Of a DNA stretch of 64,000 nt, positions 28,544 through 39,471 are shown piece after piece (position 1 is the first letter of the stretch; every line of letters begins with the position of its first letter). The notes under the pieces are model-generated. The model ran no database searches, was not told the origin of the DNA, and saw only the letters and a list, made by a program, of their open reading frames with translations. The position numbers and the translations under genes are program-made. This stretch comes from Candidatus Alectryobacillus sp. (GTDB lineage Bacteria > Bacillota_I > Bacilli_A > RFN20 > CAG-826): contig DAINNH010000002.1 of NCBI GenBank assembly GCA_036735985.1, positions 1,095 to 65,094 of the forward strand, written 5' to 3'.

Positions 28544-29554
28544 CTACTTATAGGACTTAAATTCTGGCCCTAATGGACGTGTCATTAAATTACCTAAAAT
28601 TTCAACTAAATCTGCTTTATTGTATAAAACTTCATGTAATGCCCATACAATTGGAGTATAAATATTGTTTTTTATTGAAAGTTCATATAGACACTTTATT
28701 GTTCGATATCCTTCAACAGTTTTAGTATTATTTTTGATAACTTCATCAACATTTTTTGTTTTGCCAATGGCTTCACCAAACGAAAAATTACGAGATTCAT
28801 TTGAGTTACAAGTTAAAACCAAATCACCCAAACCGGTAAGCCCTAAATAAGTAATTCCTTGGCCGCCAAAAAACATGCCAAACGTACGCATTTCGTGGAT
28901 ACCACGTGTTATTAATGCTGCACGTGCATTTTGTCCAAAGCCTAAACCAAATAGAATTCCACTACCTATTGCAATAGCGTTTTTATAGGCGCTAGCTATT
29001 TCCGAACCAATTTCATCCTTATTTGTATATACTCTAAAATATGAATTTGAAAAAGCTTTTTGAACCTTTTTAGCAACACTTGTATTCATTGAAACAGCAT
29101 CAATGGTTGTTATATGACGGACAACAACTTCTTCCGCGTAACTTGGTCCAATAAGAGAGCAAAGACCTTCGATAAATTGTGGTGGAACAATTTTGCGCAA
29201 ATATTGAAGCATCGTTAAATTGTCTTCACCAACAAATCCTTTAATAACATTAATAAAAATATATTTTTTATGAAGCTTAGGAATAAGCTCATTAATAAGT
29301 GATTCAACGGCAATTGAAGGAACCGCTAAAAGAATGCCATCTGCAGTATTTAAAAATTCCGAATAATCAACTTTTGAGACTAATTTCTCATTTAACAAAG
29401 TTTCGCCAAGATATTTCTTGTTAGTGTGTTCGTTATTAATTTCATCAGCAATTATTTGGTCTTTAGAATATAGTAAAACATCATTACCATTATCAACTAA
29501 AACTTGTGCTAAAGTAGTGCCCCAGGCACCAGAACCCATTACTAAAATTTTCAT
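28544..29554 (-). CDS. gpsA: Glycerol-3-phosphate dehydrogenase [NAD(P)+]
   Basis: N-terminal GSGAWGT Rossmann fold and the GpsA fold pattern. Confidence 0.9.
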   Translation of the reverse strand: MKILVMGSGAWGTTLAQVLVDNGNDVLLYSKDQIIADEINNEHTNKKYLGETLLNEKLVSKVDYSEFLNTADGILLAVPSIAVESLINELIPKLHKKYIFINVIKGFVGEDNLTMLQYLRKIVPPQFIEGLCSLIGPSYAEEVVVRHITTIDAVSMNTSVAKKVQKAFSNSYFRVYTNKDEIGSEIASAYKNAIAIGSGILFGLGFGQNARAALITRGIHEMRTFGMFFGGQGITYLGLTGLGDLVLTCNSNESRNFSFGEAIGKTKNVDEVIKNNTKTVEGYRTIKCLYELSIKNNIYTPIVWALHEVLYNKADLVEILGNLMTRPLGPEFKSYK

Positions 29555-30873
29555 TATACTTTCTTCCTTAAAATAAAGTTAATAGGTGTACCATCAAAAT
29601 CATATGAGGCACGTAATCTATTTTCAATATATCTTAAATAAGAAAAATGCATCCATTTAGGATTATTAACAAAAAGAACAATTGATGGTGGTTTAACGCC
29701 AACTTGTTGAGCATAATAAATCTTACAACGACCACCTTGAAAATCAGGCGTTTCATTCATTGCTTGCGCATCTTCAACAATTTCATTAAGGATACTAGTA
29801 GTAATTCGACGGTTATATGCATCAAAAGCCTTTTCGATTGCTGTAAAAAGTGTATCAATTCGTTGAGATTTTAAAGCCGAAACATAAACAACAGGTGCAT
29901 AATCTAGAAATTTAAATTGTAAACGAATATTTTTCGTAAACTCATCCATTGTTTTTTCATCTTTTTTAACAAGATCCCATTTATTTACAACAATGATAAT
30001 TCCTTTTTTCCTATCAATAGCATACGAAACAACATTTTTGTCTAATTCACGAACGCCTTCATTGCCATCAATAACCAAACAAACAATGTCAGATTTTTCA
30101 ATTGCTTCGAGTGCACGTAAAAGTGCATATTTATCAATTGATTCATAAATCTGGCCTTTTTTCTTAATTCCTGCAGTATCAACAACAGTATATTTTTTAC
30201 CATTTCTTTCAAAATAAGTATCTGTAGAGTCACGAGTTGTACCAGAAATTTCAGATACAATCGCTCTATTCTCACCTGTAATGGCGTTTACTAAACTAGA
30301 TTTGCCAACATTAGGACGTCCAATAATAGAAAATCTAAGAGACTCATCTTCGACTAATTCTTCTTTTTCTGGCAAAGCCTTAATAATTCGATCTAGTAAA
30401 TCACCAATACCAACACTATGAATACCGCTAACTGCTATAGGATCGCCAAAACCTAAAGCTACAAATTCATAAATAGCATTAATATTTTCATTACTATCTA
30501 TTTTATTGACAGCCAAAATAACAGGTTTTTTACTTTTATAAAGAATTTTTGCAACGAATTTATCATCACCCGTCATACCGGTTTGGCCATCTGTAACAAA
30601 AACAATTACATCAGCTTCATTTATCGCAATTTCAGCTTGTGCACGAATCTGTTCTTGGAAAGGTCTGTCTCTTAATTCGATTCCGCCAGTGTCAATCAAC
30701 GAAAAATGAATGCCTAACCATTCAGCACGTGCATAAAGACGATCTCGGGTAATCCCAGGAACATCATCAACAATTGATTGGCGTTGCCCAACAATTCTAT
30801 TAAAAATTGATGATTTCCCAACATTAGGAGAACCAACAATTGCTACAGTTCCTTCTTTAGGCATTTTTCTCAC
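29554..30873 (-). CDS. der: GTPase Der (EngA), double GTPase
   Basis: Two G-domains (GSPNVGKSS and GRPNVGKSS) plus a KH-like C-terminus. Confidence 0.95.
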   Translation of the reverse strand: MRKMPKEGTVAIVGSPNVGKSSIFNRIVGQRQSIVDDVPGITRDRLYARAEWLGIHFSLIDTGGIELRDRPFQEQIRAQAEIAINEADVIVFVTDGQTGMTGDDKFVAKILYKSKKPVILAVNKIDSNENINAIYEFVALGFGDPIAVSGIHSVGIGDLLDRIIKALPEKEELVEDESLRFSIIGRPNVGKSSLVNAITGENRAIVSEISGTTRDSTDTYFERNGKKYTVVDTAGIKKKGQIYESIDKYALLRALEAIEKSDIVCLVIDGNEGVRELDKNVVSYAIDRKKGIIIVVNKWDLVKKDEKTMDEFTKNIRLQFKFLDYAPVVYVSALKSQRIDTLFTAIEKAFDAYNRRITTSILNEIVEDAQAMNETPDFQGGRCKIYYAQQVGVKPPSIVLFVNNPKWMHFSYLRYIENRLRASYDFDGTPINFILRKKV

Positions 30874-31534
30874 CTATCTTATCTTCGATGATATCAATAA
30901 TAGTTTCGACAACGTCTTCAAATAACATGTTTGTAGTATCTAAAATCAAAGCATCTTCAGCTGGTTTAAGAGGGGCAAAAGATCTATTAGAATCAATGAA
31001 ATCACGTTTCTTCAAATCTGAATAAACTTCTTCTCTTGTACAGGCAATACCTTTATCAACATTTTCCTTAAAACGACGATCAGTACGTTCATCTAATGAT
31101 GCAATTTGAAAAATCTTAACATCAGCATTCGGAAGAACGTAAGTGCCAATATCACGGCCATCCATCAAACAATCTCCGAGAGCTGCAATTTTTCTTTGTT
31201 GTTCAACTAATTCAAGACGAATATTTTTATAAGATGCAATATATGAAACATTTTCGGAAACATAAAATTCACGAATTTCCTTTGTAACATCAACTCCATT
31301 ACAAATTACAACACCATCTTGTAATAATTCGATGTTTACTTTTCCAATTAACGAGCAAGATTGCTCTTCATTTTTTGGATCCAAACCAGCCTTAATAACG
31401 GCCCAAGTAAAAGCACGATACATCGCTCCGGTATCAATATAAATATATCCTAGTCTTTTTGCTACTTCCTTTGCGACAGTCGATTTTCCAGCTGCGGCAG
31501 GTCCATCAATAGCGATTGAAATTTTCTTTTTCAT
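30857..31534 (-). CDS. cmk: Cytidylate kinase
   Basis: IAIDGPAAAGKSTVAK P-loop. Confidence 0.9.
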   Translation of the reverse strand: MKKKISIAIDGPAAAGKSTVAKEVAKRLGYIYIDTGAMYRAFTWAVIKAGLDPKNEEQSCSLIGKVNIELLQDGVVICNGVDVTKEIREFYVSENVSYIASYKNIRLELVEQQRKIAALGDCLMDGRDIGTYVLPNADVKIFQIASLDERTDRRFKENVDKGIACTREEVYSDLKKRDFIDSNRSFAPLKPAEDALILDTTNMLFEDVVETIIDIIEDKIGEKNA

Positions 31535-31546
31535 AATTTTGCTCCT

Positions 31547-31843
31547 TTATTTAAACGCAAAATATCCAAATATTGCTAATCCAACTAAAATAATAAAAGT
31601 AACCACAATTTTAATAACTAATACGCGGTTATTTTCCTTATTGTTTGAATCATCATATTGTTTTTGCTTTGTTAAGACTTCACTTTTTGGCTGAACAATT
31701 ACATGTTTTGGCTCTTCTATCTTAATAAATAAATGTTTAGCACTATATGATTCATCATTGGCTAGTAAAGAAACATTTTTTAAAATGCTTTTACGATATT
31801 TACCATAAATCTTAATGCGTGAATCCTTATCCATATTTAACAA
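31547..31843 (-). CDS. Small protein with a C-terminal transmembrane anchor, unknown function
   Basis: 98-aa ORF with a hydrophobic C-terminus, upstream of cmk. No recognisable motif. Confidence 0.35.
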   Translation of the reverse strand: MLNMDKDSRIKIYGKYRKSILKNVSLLANDESYSAKHLFIKIEEPKHVIVQPKSEVLTKQKQYDDSNNKENNRVLVIKIVVTFIILVGLAIFGYFAFK

Positions 31844-31915
31844 TACTATTATATATGATTTTAGTTTTATATAAAACTAAGCAAGTAAACAATTTTACTT
31901 GTAGGAATTGATTTA

Positions 31916-31944
31916 TTGATAAGACTTTTAAAAAAGTATAAAAT
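31916..31944 (+). promoter_or_regulatory. Promoter for the ferredoxin gene (TTGATA, 17-nt spacer, TAAAAT)
   Basis: Read directly from the sequence. The ribosome-binding site GTGAGGT follows. Confidence 0.45.
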
Positions 31945-31965
31945 ATTTTAAGTGAGGTAAAAATT

Positions 31966-32145
31966 ATGCCAAAGAAATTAAAAGTTAATAAAGATGCTTG
32001 CTTAGGTTGTGGACTTTGTGTTTCAACTTATCCAGAAGCATTTGCGTTTGATGATGATGGTAAAGCCACTGTTGTTGGTGAAGTTGCTGATGAGTCTGCC
32101 GAAGAAGCAAAATCATCTTGCCCAGCCGGTGCTATTTCCGACTAA
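31966..32145 (+). CDS. fdx: Ferredoxin, single [4Fe-4S] cluster (clostridial/Thermotoga type, 59 aa)
   Basis: Not in the ORF track because it is under 60 aa. Translates to MPKKLKVNKDACLGCGLCVSTYPEAFAFDDDGKATVV...SSCPAGAIS, with the CxxCxxC...CP cluster motif. It has a ribosome-binding site and is followed by a terminator. Confidence 0.8.
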   Translation: MPKKLKVNKDACLGCGLCVSTYPEAFAFDDDGKATVVGEVADESAEEAKSSCPAGAISD

Positions 32146-32157
32146 TCAAATATAAAT

Positions 32158-32191
32158 AAAATGAACTCTCGAATGGGAGTTCATTTTTTTA
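32158..32191. terminator. Terminator hairpin (ATGAACTC-loop-GAGTTCAT plus T7) after the ferredoxin gene. It overlaps the parB stop, so it may act in both directions.
   Basis: 8-bp perfect stem flanked by an A-run and a T-run. Confidence 0.7.
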
Positions 32192-33023
32192 TCTTTTGCA
32201 AAAACTTTAACAAATCGGCCCTCTTTGGGAATTTTATTTCAAAAGAGGTCTTTTTTATACTTACATCTTTTGCAAGATATAATTCCTTTATACTTGATTC
32301 CATTTTGGTATATTTATTAGGTTTTTTAAAGGATTTACATAATTTTTCAACATCTTTAACACTCAATTTTTCGGCTATAATGCGATCATCAACTTCTTTT
32401 AAGAAAACGGGCTCAAGATTGCACAAAGCTTTGGCTTGACTATATGATAAGGTATCATCACTAATTTGTTTTTGAATATAATCTGGCAGTTTTAAGACGC
32501 GAATCATGTTAGATATTTGTGATATAGAAAGATTAGTTATTTTTGATAAATCAGTTAATGAATATTTGAATTTTACGTTTAAATATTTTAAAAGAGTTCC
32601 TATTTCTATAACATTCTTTAATTGTTTATCTAAGGAATTTGTTAAAGTCATAAAACACGCATCTTCATCGGATACATCACAAATAAAACAGCTGATATTT
32701 TCAAACTTAAGTATGCGATAAGCATACAAACGGCGGCGTCCTACAACAACTTCATAATTACTGCCTACCTTTCGAACCAAAATAGGGCTAATGTCGTGAT
32801 TTTTCTTAACATTTTCAATTGTGTATATACTCGATTTTTTATCTAACGGAGTTGAAGAAAGATAACTAGGCTCTTTAATTAAGTTAACATTGACTATCGA
32901 AGTTTTGGTTGAAGTATAGATTCGGTCAAGTTCAAATATGACATCATTCTTTGATGTCTTACGAATCATTTTTTTGAGGTTTTGTCTCAAAAGTGGAACA
33001 TTCGTTGAGTTATTTTGACTCAT
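32181..33023 (-). CDS. parB: ParB/Spo0J-like partition protein
   Basis: ParB box PILVRKVGSNYEVVVGRRRLYA and a helix-turn-helix. The ATG overlaps the parA stop. Confidence 0.8.
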   Translation of the reverse strand: MSQNNSTNVPLLRQNLKKMIRKTSKNDVIFELDRIYTSTKTSIVNVNLIKEPSYLSSTPLDKKSSIYTIENVKKNHDISPILVRKVGSNYEVVVGRRRLYAYRILKFENISCFICDVSDEDACFMTLTNSLDKQLKNVIEIGTLLKYLNVKFKYSLTDLSKITNLSISQISNMIRVLKLPDYIQKQISDDTLSYSQAKALCNLEPVFLKEVDDRIIAEKLSVKDVEKLCKSFKKPNKYTKMESSIKELYLAKDVSIKKTSFEIKFPKRADLLKFLQKIKK

Positions 33024-33783
33024 TTTCCAAAATCTCTTTTGCAAGTGCAAGATATGAAACTGTTCCTAAAGAATTAGGTCTAAAAATTGTTGGTGGAATG
33101 CCACGAGCTTGAGCTTCAATAATAGAAACATTACGTGGAATAGTTGTAATAAAAGTCTTTTCTTTAAATAAGCCGCGTACTTGCGAACCGATTTCAACAC
33201 AAAGACGCGTCCTAGAATCATACATTGTTAACAAAAAGCCCTCAATCTGCAAATTAGGATTGTATAAATTCTTAATATTTTGCACACTCGATAAAATATG
33301 TGCAACTGCATCAAGAGCAAAATATTCACATTGAACAGGAATTAAAACACTATTGGCTGCCGTTAGAGCATTAATAGAAAGAATGCCTAAACTAGGTGGG
33401 CAATCAATAATAATGTAATCATATTGATTTATAATTGAAGTTAATGAATTTTTTAATAAAAATTGTGGATTTGAACATGAATTACTACTGATTGTAACTT
33501 CAATTGAAGTTAAATTAATATTACTTGGAATTAAATCCAAGTTTTTCATAATGGTTTTCTTTATTGCTTTAGTTGCATCACAAGCATTTGTGATAACACT
33601 ATATATTGAACGATTAGAATTGCTACAATCGATACCAAGACCACTTGAAGAATTAGCTTGTGGATCAAAATCAACCAAAAGAACTCTTTTGCCTAAATAA
33701 GCAAGAGAAGACGAAAGACAAATTGAAGTAGTTGTTTTGCCAACGCCGCCTTTTTGATTAGCGACAGCTATTACTTTTCCCAT
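33010..33783 (-). CDS. parA: ParA/Soj partition ATPase
   Basis: Deviant Walker A KGGVGKTT. Confidence 0.9.
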   Translation of the reverse strand: MGKVIAVANQKGGVGKTTTSICLSSSLAYLGKRVLLVDFDPQANSSSGLGIDCSNSNRSIYSVITNACDATKAIKKTIMKNLDLIPSNINLTSIEVTISSNSCSNPQFLLKNSLTSIINQYDYIIIDCPPSLGILSINALTAANSVLIPVQCEYFALDAVAHILSSVQNIKNLYNPNLQIEGFLLTMYDSRTRLCVEIGSQVRGLFKEKTFITTIPRNVSIIEAQARGIPPTIFRPNSLGTVSYLALAKEILENESK

Positions 33784-33810
33784 GTTCTTTAATTATATCA
33801 AAAAATAGTA

Positions 33811-34533
33811 TTACTTTAGAGGCTTTTGCGAAATTAAAGTATAAATACGTGGATATTTATGAGGCGAAGCTTCAACCTTTTTAATAAAAACAAGTGACCT
33901 TTTGTCATCTTTAATTTCAGGTAAAGAGTAAGTTTCAACTTTTTCAACTTTACCACCTAATATTTTAATAGCCCCCTTGGCTTCGCTTAATTCTTTATCA
34001 ACAGTCAATCCCTTATATGGAATAAAATATCCATTTATTTTAATGAAAGGAATTGTAAGTTCACTTAAAATACTTAATTGAGCGACAGCACGACAAACAA
34101 CAATATCAAAGAATTCTTTATAATTCTTATCAAGATCCTCAACACGTTTGTTTAGTACTTTTACATTATTTAAATTTAATAACTTTACAACAGTTTCAAG
34201 ATAAGTTGCTTTTTTAGTTGTTGGTTCAATCAATACAAATTTAGTATTTTTGCAAACAATAGCTAAAGCAAGACCTGGAAATCCAGCGCCCGAACCAACA
34301 TCAGCAACAATTTTATTTTCCAAAGAAATGTACTTTAAAAGATATAAAGAATCATAAAAATGTTTTAAAACAATATCTTCGTCTTCAACAATTGCAGTTA
34401 AATTAAATAATTTATTTGTTTCTTGCAAACTATTCATATATGTCGCAAAAGATTTTGTAACATAATCTTCATTTAGACTTTTATCAAAGTACTGCATTTC
34501 CTTGATATTCTGGAATAATTCATTTAATTTCAT
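33811..34533 (-). CDS. rsmG: 16S rRNA (guanine527-N7)-methyltransferase
   Basis: The SAM-binding motif DVGSGAGFPG. Confidence 0.85.
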   Translation of the reverse strand: MKLNELFQNIKEMQYFDKSLNEDYVTKSFATYMNSLQETNKLFNLTAIVEDEDIVLKHFYDSLYLLKYISLENKIVADVGSGAGFPGLALAIVCKNTKFVLIEPTTKKATYLETVVKLLNLNNVKVLNKRVEDLDKNYKEFFDIVVCRAVAQLSILSELTIPFIKINGYFIPYKGLTVDKELSEAKGAIKILGGKVEKVETYSLPEIKDDKRSLVFIKKVEASPHKYPRIYTLISQKPLK

Positions 34534-36419
34534 AGCAAAACCTCGCTTTTTAATTTTGTTAAATATAGATTGAGTATAGTAATATCTGCCGGATTAACAC
34601 CTGAAATTCGAGATGCTTGACCAATAGTTAAAGGACGAACTTTATCTAATTTTTGACGAGCTTCCATCGCTAAACCATCCATATGCATATAATCAATATT
34701 CTCAGGAATAACAATATTATCAAGTTTCAATAATTTTTCAGCTTCAATCTTTTGCTTTTTAATATATCCTTCGTATTTAACGGCAATTTCGACTTGTTCA
34801 ATCTCTAAATTTGACAAATTATAAGCTTGTAAAGAATCGAAACAATCAATCAATTTCTTAAAACTAACTTCTGGTCTTTTTAATATTTCAGCTAAGGATA
34901 GCCCTCGACGATAATCGCTATCCGTTAAAGTTTTTATATATTCTTCAAGTTTTAAATTCTCACCAACATGGTAAGAATTGAGATATTTAATGACTTCATC
35001 TTCATGAGCTTGTTTCTTTAAGAACTCGTTATATAACTCATCACTAACTGTTCCTAATTCATGTCCATATTTTCTTAAACGAATATCAGCATTATCATTA
35101 CGTAAAAGTAATCGGAATTCAGCTCGAGAAGAGAGCATACGGTATGGTTCTTTAGTGCCTTTATTTACAAGATCATCAATCATAACGCCAATATAAGATT
35201 CGTCTCTTTTTAAAATGAATTTTGGCTTATTTCTGATCCAAAGAACAGCGTTAATTCCAGCAACAAGGCCTAATCCGGCCGCTTCTTCATAACCACTAGT
35301 TCCAACAATTTGACCAGCACACCATAAACCTGGATATTTCTTAACCATTAAAGTAGGATCAAACTGTAATGGATTCAATGCATCATATTCAATGGCATAA
35401 GCATATTTTAAAATAATGGCATTCTCTAAACCAGGTAAAGAGTGGACCATTTGTATTTGAATTTCACGTGGCATTGAGGTTGAAAAGCCTTGAAGGTAGA
35501 TTGAATCTGTGTAACGAGATTCAGGTTCAAGAAATAATTGATGACGTGGTTTATCAGAAAAACGAACAATTTTATCTTCGATTGAAGGACAATAACGAGG
35601 TCCTACACCTTCGACCATTCCGCCATACATTGCGGAATCATGTAAATGTTCAAGAATAATCTTCTTAGTTTCAGCAGTTGTATAAATCAAGTAACAAGGT
35701 TCTTGTTTTTCAAATGGAACAAATTCTTTTGTTTCATATGAAAAAGCAAGTTCTTCATTAGTTCCAGGTTCAACTTGAGTTTTCGAAAAATCAATCGAAC
35801 TTCTTTTGATTCTTTGTGGGGTTCCAGTTTTTAATCTTAAAAGTTCAAGTCCCATATTGTCTCTTAAATAAGGTGATAATCCCAATGAAGGTTTTTCTCC
35901 ATCTGGACCAGTAATAATTTTTTCGTGTCCAACAAGAATATCGGATTGCATGTAAGTTCCAGTTGTTAGAACTACAGCTTTGGAAAAATATTGACGTCCA
36001 TCTGAAAGTTCTACGCCTTTAATTACATTTTCATCATGAATAATTTTAGTCGTCATCCCTTCCGTTAATGTAAGATTGGCTGTATTTCTTAAATAATTTA
36101 AAACTATTTGAGGATAATCAATTTTATCTTGTTGACATCTTAAACACTGCACACCAGGTCCTTTGCCAGTGTTTAGCATTTTCATTTGTAAATAGTTTAT
36201 ATCAGCAGTCTTTCCCATCATGCCACCAAGGGCATCGATGTCTCTAACCATAATGCCTTTTGCAGTCCCGCCAATTGAAGGGTTGCATGGCATGTTGCCA
36301 ACTTTATTAAAATTAAGCGTGATCAGTAGAGTTTTTGCACCCATCTTTGCACTAATACAGGCTGCTTCACAGCCAGCGTGTCCGCCACCAACAACTATTA
36401 CGTCAAAAGTGTTTTCCAT
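34530..36419 (-). CDS. mnmG: tRNA uridine 5-carboxymethylaminomethyl modification enzyme MnmG
   Basis: The FAD-binding motif FDVIVVGGGHAGCEAA and the GidA fold. Confidence 0.95.
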   Translation of the reverse strand: MENTFDVIVVGGGHAGCEAACISAKMGAKTLLITLNFNKVGNMPCNPSIGGTAKGIMVRDIDALGGMMGKTADINYLQMKMLNTGKGPGVQCLRCQQDKIDYPQIVLNYLRNTANLTLTEGMTTKIIHDENVIKGVELSDGRQYFSKAVVLTTGTYMQSDILVGHEKIITGPDGEKPSLGLSPYLRDNMGLELLRLKTGTPQRIKRSSIDFSKTQVEPGTNEELAFSYETKEFVPFEKQEPCYLIYTTAETKKIILEHLHDSAMYGGMVEGVGPRYCPSIEDKIVRFSDKPRHQLFLEPESRYTDSIYLQGFSTSMPREIQIQMVHSLPGLENAIILKYAYAIEYDALNPLQFDPTLMVKKYPGLWCAGQIVGTSGYEEAAGLGLVAGINAVLWIRNKPKFILKRDESYIGVMIDDLVNKGTKEPYRMLSSRAEFRLLLRNDNADIRLRKYGHELGTVSDELYNEFLKKQAHEDEVIKYLNSYHVGENLKLEEYIKTLTDSDYRRGLSLAEILKRPEVSFKKLIDCFDSLQAYNLSNLEIEQVEIAVKYEGYIKKQKIEAEKLLKLDNIVIPENIDYMHMDGLAMEARQKLDKVRPLTIGQASRISGVNPADITILNLYLTKLKSEVLL

Positions 36420-36422
36420 GTT

Positions 36423-37829
36423 TTAACCGACACTTCCTTCCATATTAAGTTTAATTAACTGATTTAATTCAACAGCATATTCCATTGGCAATTCTTTAGC
36501 AAATGGTTCAATAAATCCCATAATAATCATTTGTCGAGCATCGTTTTCGGAAATGCCACGTGACATTAAATAGAACAATTGATCTTCGCTAATCTTTGAA
36601 ACAGTCGCCTCGTGTTCTAGATACGAAGAATTATTGCGGACTTCATTTGTTGGAATAGTATCAGATTGTGACTTTTCGTCCAAAATCAAAGTATCACATT
36701 CAACGTGAGCATGAGACTTTATCGCATTTTCCTCTATACGAACTGTACCACGATAATTAGCAGTACCACCATTATAAACAATTGACTTAGAAATAATAGA
36801 TGAGACTGTTTCTGGCGCTTTATGAATCATACGTGCACCGGCATCTTGATATTGAATATCTTTTGCAACAGCAATAGAAATACAAGTTCCTTTAGCGCCA
36901 CGTCCTGCCAAAATACATGCAGGATATTTCATATTTATATAAGATCCAACATTTCCATCAATCCATTCCATGGTCGCATTTTCCATGCATAAAGCTCTTT
37001 TTGTAACAAGGTTAACAATATTATTCGACCAATTTTGGACTGTTGAATAACGACATTTTCCACCTTTAAGAACGACAATTTCAACAACTGCCGCATGTAA
37101 CGATTCTTTCGAATGAATAGGAGCGGTACATCCTTCAACATAATGAACATCAGCACCTTCATCAACTATAATTAAAGTGCGTTCAAATTGACCCATTTTT
37201 TCATTATTAATTCTGAAATAAGATTGGAGTGGCTTTTCGAGATGAACACCTTTAGGAACATAAATAAAGGATCCACCAGACCATACAGCACCATTTAGAG
37301 CCGTAAATTTGTTGTCATTATATGGAACGACAGTATTAAAATATTTTTTAAACAATTCAGGACATGACTTTAAGGCTTGATCTGTCGAAAGAAAAATAAC
37401 ACCTTTCTTTTCGACTTCTTCAAGCATATTATGATAAACAACTTCTGATTCATATTGGGTAGAAACACCCGCTAAATACTTTTGTTCAGCTTCCGGAATA
37501 CCTAATTTTTGGAAAGTATTCTTTATAGTTTCTGGTACTTCTTCCCAGTTGTTTTGTTCTTTGTTGGATGGTCTCGTGAAATAAGTATAAGAATTAAAAT
37601 CAAGCATTTTTAAAGATGGCCCAAAATTTGGTAATGGGAATTTTTCAAAAGTTTTTAATGATTTAAGACGAAATTCAAGCATCCATTCAGGTTCGTTTTT
37701 TAGTTGAGAAATTTCACGAACTATATCTTCATTTAAGCCTTTTGGGGTCTTCAAAACTGAAGGGTCTTTATCATAAAAACCATATTTATACTCACTATTT
37801 TCTTTTATGAAATTCTTTTCATCCTTCAT
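36423..37829 (-). CDS. sufB: Fe-S cluster assembly protein SufB
   Basis: SufB/SufD beta-helix. The gene order matches the B. subtilis sufCDSUB operon. Confidence 0.9.
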   Translation of the reverse strand: MKDEKNFIKENSEYKYGFYDKDPSVLKTPKGLNEDIVREISQLKNEPEWMLEFRLKSLKTFEKFPLPNFGPSLKMLDFNSYTYFTRPSNKEQNNWEEVPETIKNTFQKLGIPEAEQKYLAGVSTQYESEVVYHNMLEEVEKKGVIFLSTDQALKSCPELFKKYFNTVVPYNDNKFTALNGAVWSGGSFIYVPKGVHLEKPLQSYFRINNEKMGQFERTLIIVDEGADVHYVEGCTAPIHSKESLHAAVVEIVVLKGGKCRYSTVQNWSNNIVNLVTKRALCMENATMEWIDGNVGSYINMKYPACILAGRGAKGTCISIAVAKDIQYQDAGARMIHKAPETVSSIISKSIVYNGGTANYRGTVRIEENAIKSHAHVECDTLILDEKSQSDTIPTNEVRNNSSYLEHEATVSKISEDQLFYLMSRGISENDARQMIIMGFIEPFAKELPMEYAVELNQLIKLNMEGSVG

Positions 37830-38254
37830 TTAATTAATTCCTCTAAAGCATTCCAACCAATTGTTGCACATTTAATACGAGCTGGTTGCTTATACGTATT
37901 CATAAACACCAAAGCTTCATCAAGAATATTTTCATCATAATGTTCTTCATGAATCATTGCTAAATAATTCTTTAAAATTAAGTTAGCTTCATCTTTACTT
38001 TTACCAGTAATTAATTGGCACATAATATCTGTAGAGGCAGTCGAAATAGCACATCCTATACCATCAAAATATGCTTCTACAATTACATTATTTACAACTT
38101 TAACATAAACTGAAATTTTATCGATACAACTATTTGACTCCATACGAATAGTCTGAAAAGAACTGAGATCGGTAGGGGTTTTCTTAAAACGAGGTTTACT
38201 ATAATGATCCATTATAATCTCTCGCATCATATCGTTAGTCATTAAAATAGGCAT
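37826..38254 (-). CDS. sufU: Zinc-dependent sulfur transferase SufU (IscU-like)
   Basis: NifU-N domain with conserved Cys residues (GCAIS...C). Confidence 0.85.
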   Translation of the reverse strand: MPILMTNDMMREIIMDHYSKPRFKKTPTDLSSFQTIRMESNSCIDKISVYVKVVNNVIVEAYFDGIGCAISTASTDIMCQLITGKSKDEANLILKNYLAMIHEEHYDENILDEALVFMNTYKQPARIKCATIGWNALEELIK

Positions 38255-39470
38255 CTAAGAAATCTCCTCCTTTTTTAAGAGCGTCAACAAGTTGATCCAC
38301 ATCTTCTTTCGTATTATAGAAATAAAAACTGGCTCTTACAGTAGCTTCGCATCCTAAAACATCCATCAATATTTTCGCACAATGTTGACCACTTCGAACA
38401 CAAATTCCATCTTTATTCAATAATGTAGCCTCATCCTGAGCAAAAACATTTTTATAGTTAAATGTGATAATTCCACCTTTAGCTTTTGAGTTATAAAGAA
38501 TTAAATTTTTGTTTTCTTGTAATTTATTAATAGCATATTGTCGTAAAGATTCTTCATATGCTTCGATATTATCCATGCCAAGATTTTCAAGATATTCAAC
38601 AGCACGTTTTAAACCCCAAATACCAGCTAGGTTCTGAGTTCCAGCTTCAAATTTAAATGGTGGTTCCAAATAACGAACGTCTCCACACATATCAAACTTA
38701 GCATTCATACCTCCACCAGTTAAAAATGGTTCGGTTTCGCAAAGTAATTTAAATTTCCCATATAAAATCCCAATACCTGTTGGACCACACATTTTGTGAC
38801 CCGAGAAAGATAAGAAATCAGCATCCCAATCTTTAACATCCGTTTTAATGTGTGGGACAGATTGAGCGCCATCAACTGCAACAACAATACCATGTTCATG
38901 TGCTACTTTTATAATTTCTTTAATATCAATAATGTAGGCTAAAACGTTGGTAACATGAGCAATACATATTAACTTAGTGTGTGGTGTGATAGCTTTCTTT
39001 AAATTTTCAATAGTCAGCATTCCATCTTTATCTAAAGGAATGTAACTAATTTTGCATCCAGTTACTTCAGCAACTTTAAACCATGGTAGAACGTTGCTGG
39101 CATGTTCGGCTTGTGTTAAAAGAATCTCATCATCTTTTTTAAGATGTGACATACCATAACCATGAGCAATTAAATTAATTGACATTGAAGTGCCAGATGT
39201 AAAAACAATTTCGTTAGGCTCAGCATTAATAAAATGAGCAACTGTTTCACGAGTTTCTTCGACCATGGTATCAACCTTATGGGCGACATCATAATCACCA
39301 CGATGAGAGTTTACACAATATTTTGTGTAGTATTCCATTTCAGCATCAATAACACATTGTGGTTTAAATGTTGTCGAGGCATTATCAAGATAGCAGAAGC
39401 GTTTTCCCTGCATTTCCTGATTATTTTTAAACATTGGAAAGTCTTTTCTAATTTCATGTGGATCAAACAT
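38235..39470 (-). CDS. sufS: Cysteine desulfurase SufS
   Basis: PLP enzyme: SGHK (lysine), C-terminal active-site Cys region (RSGQHCA). Confidence 0.9.
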   Translation of the reverse strand: MFDPHEIRKDFPMFKNNQEMQGKRFCYLDNASTTFKPQCVIDAEMEYYTKYCVNSHRGDYDVAHKVDTMVEETRETVAHFINAEPNEIVFTSGTSMSINLIAHGYGMSHLKKDDEILLTQAEHASNVLPWFKVAEVTGCKISYIPLDKDGMLTIENLKKAITPHTKLICIAHVTNVLAYIIDIKEIIKVAHEHGIVVAVDGAQSVPHIKTDVKDWDADFLSFSGHKMCGPTGIGILYGKFKLLCETEPFLTGGGMNAKFDMCGDVRYLEPPFKFEAGTQNLAGIWGLKRAVEYLENLGMDNIEAYEESLRQYAINKLQENKNLILYNSKAKGGIITFNYKNVFAQDEATLLNKDGICVRSGQHCAKILMDVLGCEATVRASFYFYNTKEDVDQLVDALKKGGDFLDAYFND

Positions 39471-39471
39471 A

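Noticed and set aside
31844-33783. Chromosomal origin (oriC) near parAB-rsmG-mnmG
   Set aside because: No dnaA or dnaN gene was found, and no cluster of DnaA boxes (TTATCCACA or complement) in the flanking intergenic regions. SUF genes, rather than mnmE/jag/rnpA, flank the block.
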